Origin: Alphaproteobacteria bacterium
Lineage (GTDB): Bacteria; Pseudomonadota; Alphaproteobacteria; SP197
Direction of reading: 5' to 3'
Length of the DNA: 64,000 bases
NCBI GenBank assembly: GCA_964291415.2
Contig: OZ219917.1
Location: 800,001 to 864,000, forward strand
Shown: piece by piece, positions 19,151 to 29,394 of the stretch
Layout: each line of letters starts with the position of its first letter
How positions within the stretch are numbered: position 1 is the first letter of the stretch
Made by a program: the position numbers and the translations under genes
The notes under the pieces: model-generated
Seen by the model: the letters and a program-made list of their open reading frames with translations, nothing else
The model's database searches: none
Told to the model about the DNA's origin: nothing

Positions 19151-20005
19151 TCAGTCAGCCAGGCCGTCGGCGAATACCTGGCGGTGCTCGTGTTCCCCGG
19201 TCGCCTTGCCGTAGAGATTCATCACACGTTCCTTGCTGCCGATCATGCCCGGCGCATCGGCAAACGACATGATCAACACCAGCCGATCGCCATCTCCGGT
19301 GTTTTCCGTGACCCGATGCAGCGAAAAGCGCCCCAGGAAGAACTGCAGATCGCCGGCGTTGAGTTCGAGCTGTCTCACCCGGGTGCGGTCACCGCCAAGT
19401 ACGCGTCCGACATCGTCGTAGCATTCATCGTCCGCGCGGCGCAGTCCCGGGATGTACTCGAAGATGCCGCCCGAACTCGCCGGCTGCAAAAGCATCGTGA
19501 TCGTGAATTCGTTCGTGTCAAAATGCCAGTTGAACTCCTGCCCGGGCTTCCCGACGTTCACGATCATGTTGGAAACCGGATCCTCGTAGATATGGAGCTC
19601 GTCCTTGCCGAGGCAGTCGGCAAGGAACAGCTTCAGCGGTTCCCAGTAGTACAGCCGGCGGGCCGACGTCTCCTCGCCGAACAGGTCGGACGTGACAAAG
19701 CCATTGGTGCGCGGCATGAGCACGTTGAGCGGATGCTCCGGTGGCAGGTCAGGGTTGCCGTCATTGAGGTAGACGTTGTTGTACTTGCTTGGCGAGTAGT
19801 AGGCCTGTGGCTTGCGCGCCTCGGCCTCGTCGACCAGTGCAGCGAGGCCGGCTTCACTGAAGAAGTCGCGGATCACGGCGCACCCGTCGGTGGCGAGCTG
19901 GGCTCTCACCTGCTCGACGGCCGTCTGGCGACGAGGGTCATCCGTCCGGTCAATCGGGTAACGCTCGTGGTTGATGATGTCACTGCAGATCAAGGGTGCT
20001 CTCAT
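19151..20005 (-). CDS. 2OG-Fe(II) oxygenase of the ArpA / BesD-HalD-like group
   Basis: FNWHFDTNEFTIT, GGIFEY, GDLQFFLGRFSLHRVT, RLVLIMS. Confidence 0.8.
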   Translation of the reverse strand: MRAPLICSDIINHERYPIDRTDDPRRQTAVEQVRAQLATDGCAVIRDFFSEAGLAALVDEAEARKPQAYYSPSKYNNVYLNDGNPDLPPEHPLNVLMPRTNGFVTSDLFGEETSARRLYYWEPLKLFLADCLGKDELHIYEDPVSNMIVNVGKPGQEFNWHFDTNEFTITMLLQPASSGGIFEYIPGLRRADDECYDDVGRVLGGDRTRVRQLELNAGDLQFFLGRFSLHRVTENTGDGDRLVLIMSFADAPGMIGSKERVMNLYGKATGEHEHRQVFADGLAD

Positions 20006-20128
20006 CCTTCAGCGCCGCCACAGTGATGTTGACCTCAAGGTGAATGCCGTCATCTGAGTCGCGGAAACCCGAATCCACCCGCCCGAACACTGTATCGACC
20101 ACCTCGCAGCTGCACCACGCAAGGCAGT

Positions 20129-20785
20129 TCAGGGATGTGTGTGGCGAATCCTCGGATCATGCAGGATCGCCCATACATAGGACTGACCGACAATGCCGCT
20201 GCCTTGCAGGAAGCCGGGGCCGTCGAAAGGCACGAGTTCATGGGCCTCTTCGAAGTTTCTCTTCGAGATGTGCCAGACCGTATGTTCAGGCTGTAGCTTG
20301 TTGCCGTCGATCCAGTAGCTGAACGCAATGCCCCGCTTGGTATGGAACTCCTGGCCGGCGCAGTTGACGATCCGCCGCCATGATGTCTCGAAATCCTCCA
20401 TGATTCTCTTTGGCGTCGAGGGTGCGAGAGCGTACTCGTGCACGAGCACGTCGGCCGGGATCTTCCATTCGGCCGATAGAGCGCGGATCATCGGCAGGGT
20501 CAGAGGACGTCGGCGACTCAGCACTTCGGATGCGTGCGGCTGCGACCCGATCACGGCGGCGAGGTCCTTCTGGCGATAGCCGCGTGCCTCCATCGCATGT
20601 TCGATCATGGCGACCGGGTCGGGCGCTTCCACCGGCCAGCGACGTGCCTCGTAGGACTCGACAAGTGTGACGAGAACGTCGAGCCAGTCCCCTTCCGGGG
20701 TATCGGGGGCTGCGCCCATGAGACTGTCGATCGTCTCGAGTGCCGCATCGTAATCGGACTCGCACCTGATTGGCCTTATGTTCAT
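20129..20785 (-). CDS. higA: HigA-type HTH antitoxin fused to an extra ~90-aa C-terminal domain
   Basis: IRPIRCESDYDAAL...PDPVAMIEHAME...SEVLSRRRPLTLPMIRAL, continuing in frame into MEDFETSWRRI...SYVWAILHDPRI. Confidence 0.88.
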   Translation of the reverse strand: MNIRPIRCESDYDAALETIDSLMGAAPDTPEGDWLDVLVTLVESYEARRWPVEAPDPVAMIEHAMEARGYRQKDLAAVIGSQPHASEVLSRRRPLTLPMIRALSAEWKIPADVLVHEYALAPSTPKRIMEDFETSWRRIVNCAGQEFHTKRGIAFSYWIDGNKLQPEHTVWHISKRNFEEAHELVPFDGPGFLQGSGIVGQSYVWAILHDPRIRHTHP

Positions 20786-21000
20786 TGAGCGACCTCCTGT
20801 ACTGTCGACACGTCAATCCGGTCGTATTCGGCACGAGTCCCGTCAAAGCGCATGACCAAGCGATACCTGTTCCCGCCGATGTCGAATACTACGCGGTCGC
20901 GGCCCGCGATGCTTGTCTTCGCGCCATCAGCCTTGACGTCGGCTGCTGCCCCGCCATGCGACCCTTGGCCTCCCTTCGGCATCGACGGCGCGCCACTCCG
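20782..21000 (-). pseudogene. higB: HigB toxin remnant
   Basis: ADVK..SI.GRDRVVFDIGGNRYRLVMRFDGTRAEYDRIDV; lacks the usual segment between YRLV and RFxGT and has no recognisable N-terminus; ATGA overlap with higA. Confidence 0.82.
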
Positions 21001-21087
21001 GCGGTACGCTGGGATTGGCCTGCTTGCGGCATGTGTCCGTCAACCTGGCCTCCTCACCACGCTGAGCGCCGACACGAGGTTGAACAC

Positions 21088-23175
21088 TTGACAGCAGTAC
21101 AACGGGACCGGGACACGTCCGGAGACAGCGCCAGCATCGGAGTGGATGTCGGCGGCACCTTTACCGATCTCGTGCTGATCGACGGGGTGGCGGGCGTGCA
21201 CCTCGACAAGGTGCCCTCGACACCCGGACGGCCCGATGCCGTGCTGGACGGCATCCGCCGCATCGCCGGAGCGGCTGGTGTCGATGCGAGCGGGATCGAC
21301 CTCTTCGTGCACGGCTTCACCGTCGCGACCAACGCTTTCCTCACGCGCAACGGCGCCAGGGTCGCGATGGCTGTTTCCGAAGGCATGCGCGACATACTCG
21401 AGATTGGCGACCAGATGCGCCCCCATCTCTATCGGCTGAGCCAGACCAAGCCGTTGCCGGTGGTGCCGCGCTCGCGCATGGTCGAGGTCGCCGAGCGGCG
21501 CGACGCCTTTGGCAACGTTGTGACGCAACTCACCGGGGAGGAAACGCGCCGCGTTGCTGCCGCCATTGCGGCTCTTGAACCCGAGTCCGTCGCAATCTGC
21601 CTTGCCTTTTCCTTCCTCGATCCACGTCACGAGGAAATGCTCGAGGAAGCCCTTGCCGAGGAGTTGCCCGGCGTGCCGCTCTATCTTTCGAGCCGCGTGA
21701 ACCCGCAGATCGAGGAGTATCCCCGGGCCAACAGCACGGCGCTCGCGGCCTATGTCGGGCCCGTCGTCGACCGCTACGTCGCGACGCTCGACCAGGCGCT
21801 TGCGGCCGACAACGTTGCGGCGCCGTTGCGCCTGATGCGTTCGGACGGCGGGATCGCCACGCCACGCTCGGCGCGTGACAATCCGGCGGCCATGCTGTTC
21901 TCGGGCCCGGCAGGCGGCGTCATTGCCGGCGCGAACATGGCGGAGGAACTCGGCGTCGGCGATCTGGTGACCTTCGATATGGGCGGGACCTCGGCGGACT
22001 TTTCGGTCATCGCCGGCGGTGAGCCTCGCATGGTGACCGAACGCCGGATCGGCGGCGTGCCGCTGCGACTGCCGACGCTCGACATCGAGACAATCTCGGC
22101 AGGCGGCGGCTCGATCGCGCATGTCGACATCGGCGGAGCGTTGCGCGTCGGTCCGCAGTCGGCGGGTGCGGAACCCGGGCCCGCCTGCTACGCCCGGGGC
22201 GGCAGGCATGCCACCGTGACGGACGCCGCGGTGGTCCTCGGCATCCTCCATCCGGAAGAGTTCCTGGGCGGCGAGGTCCCGCTCGACGCCGGGCTTGCAG
22301 ACGAGGCGGTGACGCAGAACGTTGCGCGACCGCTGGGCCTTTCGCTTGCGGAGGCTGCGCTCGGCATCGTGCGCGTCGCGAACGCCGGCATGATACAGAC
22401 CATCCGCAAGCTCTCGGTCGAGCGCGGACTTGACATCCGTGACTTCGCTCTCGTCGCATTTGGCGGCGCGGGTCCGATCTACGCGCCCTACATGGCGCGC
22501 GACCTTGGCATGGCCGAGGTGCTGGTGCCGGCCCATCCGGGCGTTTACGCCGCCCAGGGGCTGCTCATGTCGGACGTGCGCCATACCGCCCAGGCCGCAT
22601 TCCAGCGGGGCCTGGCGAAGACACCGGAGGCCGAGCTTTCCGGCAGGCTGGGCGCGATGGCAGATGAACTCGACGCCGAGCTGGCACGCGACGGGATCGC
22701 CGGGACGAATCGCTACATGCGCTACCTCGCCGACATGCGCTGCACGGGCCAGTTCCACGAGCTTCTGGTGCCGTTGCCGCCGCCGGGCGATGCCGGCTGG
22801 TGGAGGCCCGACGAGGTCGCCGCGGCATTCCACGAAATTCACGAGCGGTCCTATGGCCACACCGACCCCGGCGTGCCGGTCGAGTTCGTCAACCTGCGGG
22901 TGGAGGCGTTCGGCCGCACGCCGAAGGCGGCCCTGCCGCCCGCGCCCGAGAGAGCCACGGAAGCGCCCGAGCCGGCGGGCCGCAGACAGGTCTGTCTCGA
23001 TGTCACGGCGGGTTTCGTCGAGACGCCGGTCTATCGCCGTGACGATCTCCGGCCGGGCCACGAGTTCGCCGGCCCTGCCGTCATCACCCAGCGAGACACC
23101 ACCACCGTCGTCCTCCCGGGCCAGGTGGTGACGGTGGCCGGCAGCGGTGTACTGCGGGTCAGCATGGCGTCATGA
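21088..23175 (+). CDS. Hydantoinase A / oxoprolinase family subunit
   Basis: DVGGTFTD, HGFTVATN, SGPAGG, DMGGTS, PGPACYARGG; TTG 21088 with a GAGGT SD. Confidence 0.94.
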   Translation: MTAVQRDRDTSGDSASIGVDVGGTFTDLVLIDGVAGVHLDKVPSTPGRPDAVLDGIRRIAGAAGVDASGIDLFVHGFTVATNAFLTRNGARVAMAVSEGMRDILEIGDQMRPHLYRLSQTKPLPVVPRSRMVEVAERRDAFGNVVTQLTGEETRRVAAAIAALEPESVAICLAFSFLDPRHEEMLEEALAEELPGVPLYLSSRVNPQIEEYPRANSTALAAYVGPVVDRYVATLDQALAADNVAAPLRLMRSDGGIATPRSARDNPAAMLFSGPAGGVIAGANMAEELGVGDLVTFDMGGTSADFSVIAGGEPRMVTERRIGGVPLRLPTLDIETISAGGGSIAHVDIGGALRVGPQSAGAEPGPACYARGGRHATVTDAAVVLGILHPEEFLGGEVPLDAGLADEAVTQNVARPLGLSLAEAALGIVRVANAGMIQTIRKLSVERGLDIRDFALVAFGGAGPIYAPYMARDLGMAEVLVPAHPGVYAAQGLLMSDVRHTAQAAFQRGLAKTPEAELSGRLGAMADELDAELARDGIAGTNRYMRYLADMRCTGQFHELLVPLPPPGDAGWWRPDEVAAAFHEIHERSYGHTDPGVPVEFVNLRVEAFGRTPKAALPPAPERATEAPEPAGRRQVCLDVTAGFVETPVYRRDDLRPGHEFAGPAVITQRDTTTVVLPGQVVTVAGSGVLRVSMAS

Positions 23176-23237
23176 TGGCCGCAGTTGCCGAGACGAGTCC
23201 ATCTTTTCGGGAAAGACACCAATGAAGGAGATGCTCC

Positions 23238-24899
23238 ATGACCGGGATCGACCCCATCAGCCGTGACGTCTTCCAGCACCAGGTCCACGGCATCGCCGAG
23301 GAGATGTCGATGGCGCTGCGGCGCGCTGCCTTTTCCTCGATCATCTGGGACATGTACGACTATGCCTGCGGGCTCTTTACGCCGGAGGGCGACATGCTCT
23401 CGCAGGCCGAGACCATTCCCGCCCAGCTCGGCATCATGTCGACGGCAATACGCTACATGTTCGCGAAGATACCGCCCCGGGAATGGAGACCCGGTGACGT
23501 GATCGTCTGCAACGATCCCTATCAGGGGTGCACTCACACACCCGACATTTGTCTCTTCAGCCCGGTATTCAGCAATGGAGAACTGGTGGCGCTGACCTCG
23601 ACCATCGCCCATCACGTCGACATAGGCGGCAAGGTGCCGGGCAGCGAGGGGCCGGACAACCTGGAGGTCTTCGCCGAGGGACTGATCCTGCCACCTCTCA
23701 AGCTGCTCGAAGAAGGCCGGCCCAACCAGGCGATCTTCGACATCCTCGCCGCCAACGTGCGTGATCCGCACGGGTCGGCCGGCGACCTGCGGGCGCAGAT
23801 CGCGGGCTGTCGTACCGGCGAGCGCCGACTGGCCGAACTCGCCTCGCGGTACGGCAATGCCCGGTTCCGCGAGATGTGCAACGCCTGCCTTGCCTACAAT
23901 GAAACCTACATGAGGCGTGCCATTGCGAACCTCGGTGACGGCGCCTGGGAGGCCGAGGTTCTCATGGAGGACGATGTCACCTCCGACGAACCGATCAGGC
24001 TCCATGCCAGGGTGACGGTCTCGGGCGAGGACATCACGGTCGATGTCTCGGGATCCGAGGCCCAGCGGGCCAATGGGCTCAACTGCCCGGAGGCCTCCAC
24101 GCTGTCGATGATCCACTATGCGACAAAGTGCGTGCTGGCGCCCGACCTGCCGCAAAACCAGGGTTGTGATCGCCCGGTTCACGTCGTCACGAAGAGGGGG
24201 ACGGTGCTCGATCCTGTCCGACCGGCGGCCGTGTCGGTGCGCCACATCACCCAGCAGGCGCTGGCAGACGTCGTGCTGAAAGCGCTGGCGCCCGTAGCCG
24301 GCGAGAACGCTGCGGCCGGCTGTCACACGAGCTTTCCGAGTTTCGTGCTTGGTGGCTTTGACGAGCGCCCGGAGATGGCGAACGACGACGGCACGGCGCC
24401 CTACTATGTCATCGCCGACATCATTGGTGGCGGCATGGGCGGCGCCGAGGGCACCGACGGGCTCAACGCCATTGACAGTCATGGCGGCAACTGCGCCATT
24501 CTGTCGGCCGAAATCATGGAGACACTCTCGCCTGTGCGCGTGCGACAGACCGCGCTGGTGCCCGGCTCCGGCGGAGCGGGGCAGTTTCGCGGCGGTCTTG
24601 GCATCAGGCGCGAGTACGAGGTCATCGCCGGCACCGGCATCCTGACCGGCTACTGTCAGCAGACCCGCCCCGATACGGCGCCCTGGGGTCTCCACGGCGG
24701 CGCGTCGGGAGGCACTGCAGCCATGATCCACAACCCCGACCTTCCCGGTGAGCGGAGTCTCCAGAGCAAGATGGTTGGCGTCATCCTCCGGAAGGGAGAC
24801 GTGTTGCGCACCCAGGGCGCAGGCGGGGGTGGCTGGGGGGACCCGGCCAGGCGCGATCCTGCGCTGCTCGAACGCGACCTGGCAGAGGGCTACGTCTGA
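23238..24899 (+). CDS. Hydantoinase B / oxoprolinase family subunit
   Basis: RAAFSSII, NDPYQGCTHTPD, HHVDIGG, GGGGWGDP; AAGGAG SD. Confidence 0.95.
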   Translation: MTGIDPISRDVFQHQVHGIAEEMSMALRRAAFSSIIWDMYDYACGLFTPEGDMLSQAETIPAQLGIMSTAIRYMFAKIPPREWRPGDVIVCNDPYQGCTHTPDICLFSPVFSNGELVALTSTIAHHVDIGGKVPGSEGPDNLEVFAEGLILPPLKLLEEGRPNQAIFDILAANVRDPHGSAGDLRAQIAGCRTGERRLAELASRYGNARFREMCNACLAYNETYMRRAIANLGDGAWEAEVLMEDDVTSDEPIRLHARVTVSGEDITVDVSGSEAQRANGLNCPEASTLSMIHYATKCVLAPDLPQNQGCDRPVHVVTKRGTVLDPVRPAAVSVRHITQQALADVVLKALAPVAGENAAAGCHTSFPSFVLGGFDERPEMANDDGTAPYYVIADIIGGGMGGAEGTDGLNAIDSHGGNCAILSAEIMETLSPVRVRQTALVPGSGGAGQFRGGLGIRREYEVIAGTGILTGYCQQTRPDTAPWGLHGGASGGTAAMIHNPDLPGERSLQSKMVGVILRKGDVLRTQGAGGGGWGDPARRDPALLERDLAEGYV

Positions 24900-25043
24900 G
24901 TGCCACCCGGCCACCATGTCCACATCGCTATTTCAGGAACCTGAAGACTGGAGACGGCCGCGCCCGGCGCAAGCGGTATCCGGTCGCCCGATGAAAGCGG
25001 AACGCCTGCTTCCCGGGAAGGCGTGCCCGCTGAGATCTTCCGA

Positions 25044-25439
25044 ATGTCCGGTCTGAAGCCTGCGATCGTGACTGCCCGGGAAATGAGCGCCACCGCTGCG
25101 TTCATCCCCTCACTCGGCTTCGACTGGGGCGTTGTCTGCACCGGTCAGCATGTTCAGCTGACATGGTCGCGCTACGAACCGGGAGTGCCTTACGAGATGC
25201 ACCAGCACGACTACGAGCAGGTGAGCATCCTGCTGAAGGGACGGCTGCGCCTGACTGTCGGCGATCTCACCCGGGACATCGCCGCCGGCGATGTCTGGTT
25301 CGCTCCCGCAGGCGTCGTGCACGGAGGCGACGTGCTTGGAAGCGAGGCAGCTGTCTTTCTGGACATCTATGGTCCACCCGATTCAAGCGTCCTGGAGTTT
25401 CTGCGCACCCATGGTGAATCGGACGAGTCTCGGGCGTGA
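25044..25439 (+). CDS. Cupin-domain protein
   Basis: HQHDYEQ...GD.WFAPAGVVHG...LDIYGP. Confidence 0.85.
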   Translation: MSGLKPAIVTAREMSATAAFIPSLGFDWGVVCTGQHVQLTWSRYEPGVPYEMHQHDYEQVSILLKGRLRLTVGDLTRDIAAGDVWFAPAGVVHGGDVLGSEAAVFLDIYGPPDSSVLEFLRTHGESDESRA

Positions 25440-25612
25440 AGCAGTGCGGGAAACGCATGAGGGCCGGACGGCGGTTTCTCTTTCCGAACGTGCGCGCGGA
25501 AGTTCAGTCAAAGTGCTTGCGGACGACCGCGAAGTTTCATGATCCGGCATAGTCGGACTGAACCTGTCGTCGCCACAGTCCGGCCGTAAACACCGATCCG
25601 GTGCGCCTGACC

Positions 25613-25708
25613 TTCGAGACCCAAGTCGAGAAGGTACCGACCGGCGAACTGCGCCCCGGTGACATCGTCATCCTGGACAACCTGTTTCGGCACGTATCGA
25701 AGACAAAG
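25613..25708 (+). mobile_element. IS630-family transposase fragment
   Basis: Hand translation FETQVEKVPTGELRPGDIVILDNLFRH matches the IS630 DDE 'L.PGDIVI.DNL..H' motif; no start codon and no rest of the gene. Confidence 0.75.
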
Positions 25709-25842
25709 CAATTCATGAATTGTGTCGCACGGCACTATATATTCATCGTTTGTCTGTTGTGAAAGTATTTTTCATGTTGCATCATAAGATTTCATGAGCT
25801 CGGACCGTTGGCGTTGCCTTTCAGACAGGAGCAACGAATTTC

Positions 25843-27444
25843 ATGAAGGTTGAACTGAGACATGGTTTTTCAGGGCCGATCATGGTTTTTCAGGACCGGC
25901 GGTTGCCGGAACGGGCGACGCCGGCGGGTTATGCTGCGTTGACCGATGCCTACGGCCTGCAGGTTCCGTTGCCGCGGACACTGTTCGCCACGGGCGAGCG
26001 GCACAGGATCCTGGAGGAGGGAGGTTGGCGCCTGCTCACGCCCCGCCATGCCCCGCGCCCCACGCTGAAAGCACACCTGACCTTCGCCCTCAAGTACGAG
26101 GGGCTCGATCTTGCCGTTCTGAAGCGCCTCTTCCTTGCGGTGAATGCGGCCGAGATCGAATCCATCGTCCGGGAAACGCCCACGGGCAGCTATTCCCGGC
26201 GTCTCTGGTTTCTCTACGAGTGGCTCACCGGGCAGCGTCTGGACCTGCCGGACGCCACACGGGGCGACTATGTCCCGGTCGTCGACCCGCAGCAGCAATG
26301 GGCGGTCCCGGGCGAGAACTCTGCGCGGCATCGCGTCAGGAACAACCTTCCGGGCACGCCTGATTTCTGCCCGCTCGTCCGGCGCACGGCCGCGCTCGAA
26401 GAGTTCGTGAACCTTGATCTTGCGGAGCGGGCCAGGGCGGTCGTTGCTGCGGTTCCGGGAGACTTACTGGCCCGCACAGCCGCGTTCCTGCTTCTGAAGG
26501 ACTCCAAGTCGAGCTACGCTATCGAAGGCGAACGCCCGCCGCAGAACCGCATTCAGCGGTGGGGTCGGGCTATCGGTGAGGCTGGTCGGCAACCTATCGA
26601 CATCGATGAACTGCTCCGGCTGCAGAAGATCGTGATCGGCGACCAGCGGTTCGTACATCTAGGCGTGCGCACCGAAGGCGGATTCATCGGCGAGCACGAG
26701 CGCGACACGGGCGCGCCGCTTCCTGACCACATCAGCGCACGGCCTGAGGATCTGGTGTCCCTGATCGAAGGCATGGTCGACTTCGACCGACATGCCGCAA
26801 CCGCCCTCGATCCCGTCATCGCTGCGGCGGCTTTGGCTTTCGGCTTTGTGTACATCCACCCTTTCGAAGACGGAAACGGGCGCATCCATCGATATCTCAT
26901 TCATCACGTCCTGGCACAGCGGGGCTTCAACCCGCCGGGACTCGTGTTTCCGGTATCCGCCGCGATCCTGGATAGGATCGGTGCGTACGGCACGGTCCTG
27001 GAGGACCATTCGCTGCGGCTCTTGCCGCTCATCGAGTGGGAGCCGACGGAGCGGGGTAATGTCCGCGTGCTCAACGACACGGTGGATTTCTATCGCTTTT
27101 TCGACGCCACGCACCATGCGGAGTTCCTGTTCGAATGCGTGCGCACGACGATCGAGGAAGATCTGCCCAACGAAGCGGACTTTCTCCGGCGCTACGACCG
27201 ATTCACGAGACACCTTCAGTCGATCGCCGATATGCCTGATCGCACCGCCGACCTGCTGTTCCGGTTTATGCATCAGAACGCGGGACGACTTTCGAGGCGG
27301 GCACGGGAAAGAGAATTCAAGATGCTGACGGATGAGGAAACAGAAGAGATTGAGCGCCTTTATGACGAAGCGTTCGGGCCCCCGACGGCAACTCGCAGCT
27401 CAAGGGGCCCTTGCGTCGCCATCGTGAACAGGGAAGTGAACTGA
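25843..27444 (+). CDS. Fic-family protein
   Basis: Canonical HPFEDGNGRIHR; SSYAIEGE inhibitory-type motif upstream; AGGAG SD. Confidence 0.95.
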   Translation: MKVELRHGFSGPIMVFQDRRLPERATPAGYAALTDAYGLQVPLPRTLFATGERHRILEEGGWRLLTPRHAPRPTLKAHLTFALKYEGLDLAVLKRLFLAVNAAEIESIVRETPTGSYSRRLWFLYEWLTGQRLDLPDATRGDYVPVVDPQQQWAVPGENSARHRVRNNLPGTPDFCPLVRRTAALEEFVNLDLAERARAVVAAVPGDLLARTAAFLLLKDSKSSYAIEGERPPQNRIQRWGRAIGEAGRQPIDIDELLRLQKIVIGDQRFVHLGVRTEGGFIGEHERDTGAPLPDHISARPEDLVSLIEGMVDFDRHAATALDPVIAAAALAFGFVYIHPFEDGNGRIHRYLIHHVLAQRGFNPPGLVFPVSAAILDRIGAYGTVLEDHSLRLLPLIEWEPTERGNVRVLNDTVDFYRFFDATHHAEFLFECVRTTIEEDLPNEADFLRRYDRFTRHLQSIADMPDRTADLLFRFMHQNAGRLSRRAREREFKMLTDEETEEIERLYDEAFGPPTATRSSRGPCVAIVNREVN

Positions 27445-27811
27445 CCACCCCGCTGGTAGAGTCTCAAAAGGCGGGCGGCACCGTGTCGCCGAGGCCGTCT
27501 GACGTGTTCGATTGCCGGACTTTCCAGGGTACTTGCAGCCTCTGCGGCGAACTGGTCGATACGGGCGACCCCTCGTGAGAAGCACGATTGAGGGGAATCG
27601 GACAATCCCTGGCTTTCCGACACAAGTGTTGACGTCCAGCGCAGGATTCTGGGGTCGGCAGATGTGCCGGCCGTGCCGGTGCCGGCCGGCGTTGCGCCCG
27701 ATCGCCCGTGGATCAGATCCGGTGACGCCGACGTTCTGCCCTGATTTCGCCGACGAAAGGCGATCCGGTGATTGATCTGGACCCGCGTGGGACAGGGCGC
27801 CGCGTTCTCAT

Positions 27812-28633
27812 CTAGTGCGACATGAGGACCGGCACGGTCATCCGGCGCAGAATGTCGCGGGTCATGCCGCCCAGCAGCAGTTCCCGCAGGCGGTGATGGC
27901 CGTAGGCGCCCATGACCAGGAGATCGACGCCGTAGTCGCTGATCGCGGAGAGCAGGACATCTGCGGCGGCAATGTCTGTCGACGCCGGCCTGTGCCGGGC
28001 GTCCGCCTTGACGCCATGCCGGGCCAGATGCGCGCTTGCTTCGGCGCCGGGCAGGTGCGTGCCGTCGTCCGTGCCGATGCTGAAGACGATGACATTGTGT
28101 GCCTGTCGGAGCAGTGGAAGCGCATCCGAAAGCGCGCGCTTTGCCTCGCGGGTGCCGTTCCACGCCAGCAACACCGTCTCGGCACGGGTGTCGAACGAAC
28201 CGGCGTAGGGCCAGACCAGCACGGGCCCGCCTGCGTCCAGCACCAGGTGGTCCACCAGGCCGGCGATGCTGGCTTCGTCGTCACTGTCGGTTTGACCGAC
28301 GACGGTGATGTCCGCGTAGCGCGCACAGGTTGTCACGGCCTCCACAGGACTGCCCTGGAGAAGGCGCCATTCGTGCAGCACCTCCGTCCTGGCCATGCGT
28401 TCGGCGAACCGTCCTTCAGCCTCCGCAGCCGGGTCGCCTCGCTGCCGGCCCTGCTCCCTGGAAGCGTCCGCAGGGACATCGAGACTGTGGCGCTCCCGAG
28501 CGGTGGACCGGGAACTCACGTAGACACCCGTCACCCGACCATCATGGCGCTCGGCCAATTCGATCGCGGCGTCCAGGCGGGCGGGCGACCGCCGGTCCTG
28601 CGACAGGTGCACCAGAATGTCCCTGTAGGCCAT
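27812..28633 (-). CDS. Universal stress protein (two USP domains)
   Basis: YRDILVHL...ARYADITVVGQ...AWNGTREA...DLLVMGAYGH.RLRE.LLGG.TR. Confidence 0.94.
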   Translation of the reverse strand: MAYRDILVHLSQDRRSPARLDAAIELAERHDGRVTGVYVSSRSTARERHSLDVPADASREQGRQRGDPAAEAEGRFAERMARTEVLHEWRLLQGSPVEAVTTCARYADITVVGQTDSDDEASIAGLVDHLVLDAGGPVLVWPYAGSFDTRAETVLLAWNGTREAKRALSDALPLLRQAHNVIVFSIGTDDGTHLPGAEASAHLARHGVKADARHRPASTDIAAADVLLSAISDYGVDLLVMGAYGHHRLRELLLGGMTRDILRRMTVPVLMSH

Positions 28634-28849
28634 GGCCGAACTCCTGCGCCGAGAACCACAGCGTACTTGTCCCGCTACTCCCGCACCATCGCAGACCTGG
28701 GCGTCGACTGGCGCGTGTCTCCAGCGCCGGCCCGTCGGGTTTCAGTCGCCGATCGGCGATGCGCGGTCTCCTCGCAACCTGAAGGAAGGGGAAGTGCGTA
28801 GCGCAGCCATCGGCCAGCGGATGGGCGAACGCCGGCTCCGAGCCCCTGC

Positions 28850-29052
28850 TCACGGGGCGATCGTGTCGCCATCAACAGCCGCGACGTCTGGTGCGGTCCT
28901 CACAAACGCGATGGCCGAGGCGGCATCTCCACCACCGCTGTGGCGATGAACTGGTGCAGCGAAACGCCGTCCTGTTCAGCGTAACGCTCGGCCGTGGCCT
29001 TCAGGGACGCGGGCAGGTTGAGAGATACACGAGCCTTCATGGCGGCAGTCAT
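28850..29052 (-). pseudogene. HicB-like/CopG RHH antitoxin remnant
   Basis: KARVSLNLPASLK...DGVSLHQFIATAVVE, then a frameshift/deletion; the tail AFVRTAPDVAAVDGD lies in another frame. Confidence 0.7.
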
Positions 29053-29243
29053 CGCGCCATCCCTTGGATCTCGCACCACAGGATGGCGGCGTGACACCGT
29101 CAACTTCTCGAAGTCAGTCCCGAACAGAAGCCTTTGATCGGCAGACAGGGATGCCGCGAGGCAGGATGTTCGGTGTGTCTTCGTTGAACTACAGCAGACT
29201 CTGCATGCGAGGCCAACCGCGAGAGTACGTCGGATCGGAAGGA

Positions 29244-29370
29244 GTGTGGACCGGGCTCAGGGAACGACGCCATGTTCCGCTGCCGAGAGACCTCATCGTG
29301 GCCGCCGCTGGCCGGGTCACCGGAAACCTGATGCCGGACACCCACGTCCACAGAACTGATTTCGTTGGTT
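29244..29370 (+). pseudogene. Possible PIN toxin C-terminal remnant
   Basis: VWTGLRERRHVPLPRDLIVAAAG...T...TDF resembles the PIN 'W..L......D..IAA.A.....T.N..DF' pattern; weak. Confidence 0.3.
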
Positions 29371-29394
29371 GGTGCCGTCGACGTTCGCCTGGGC

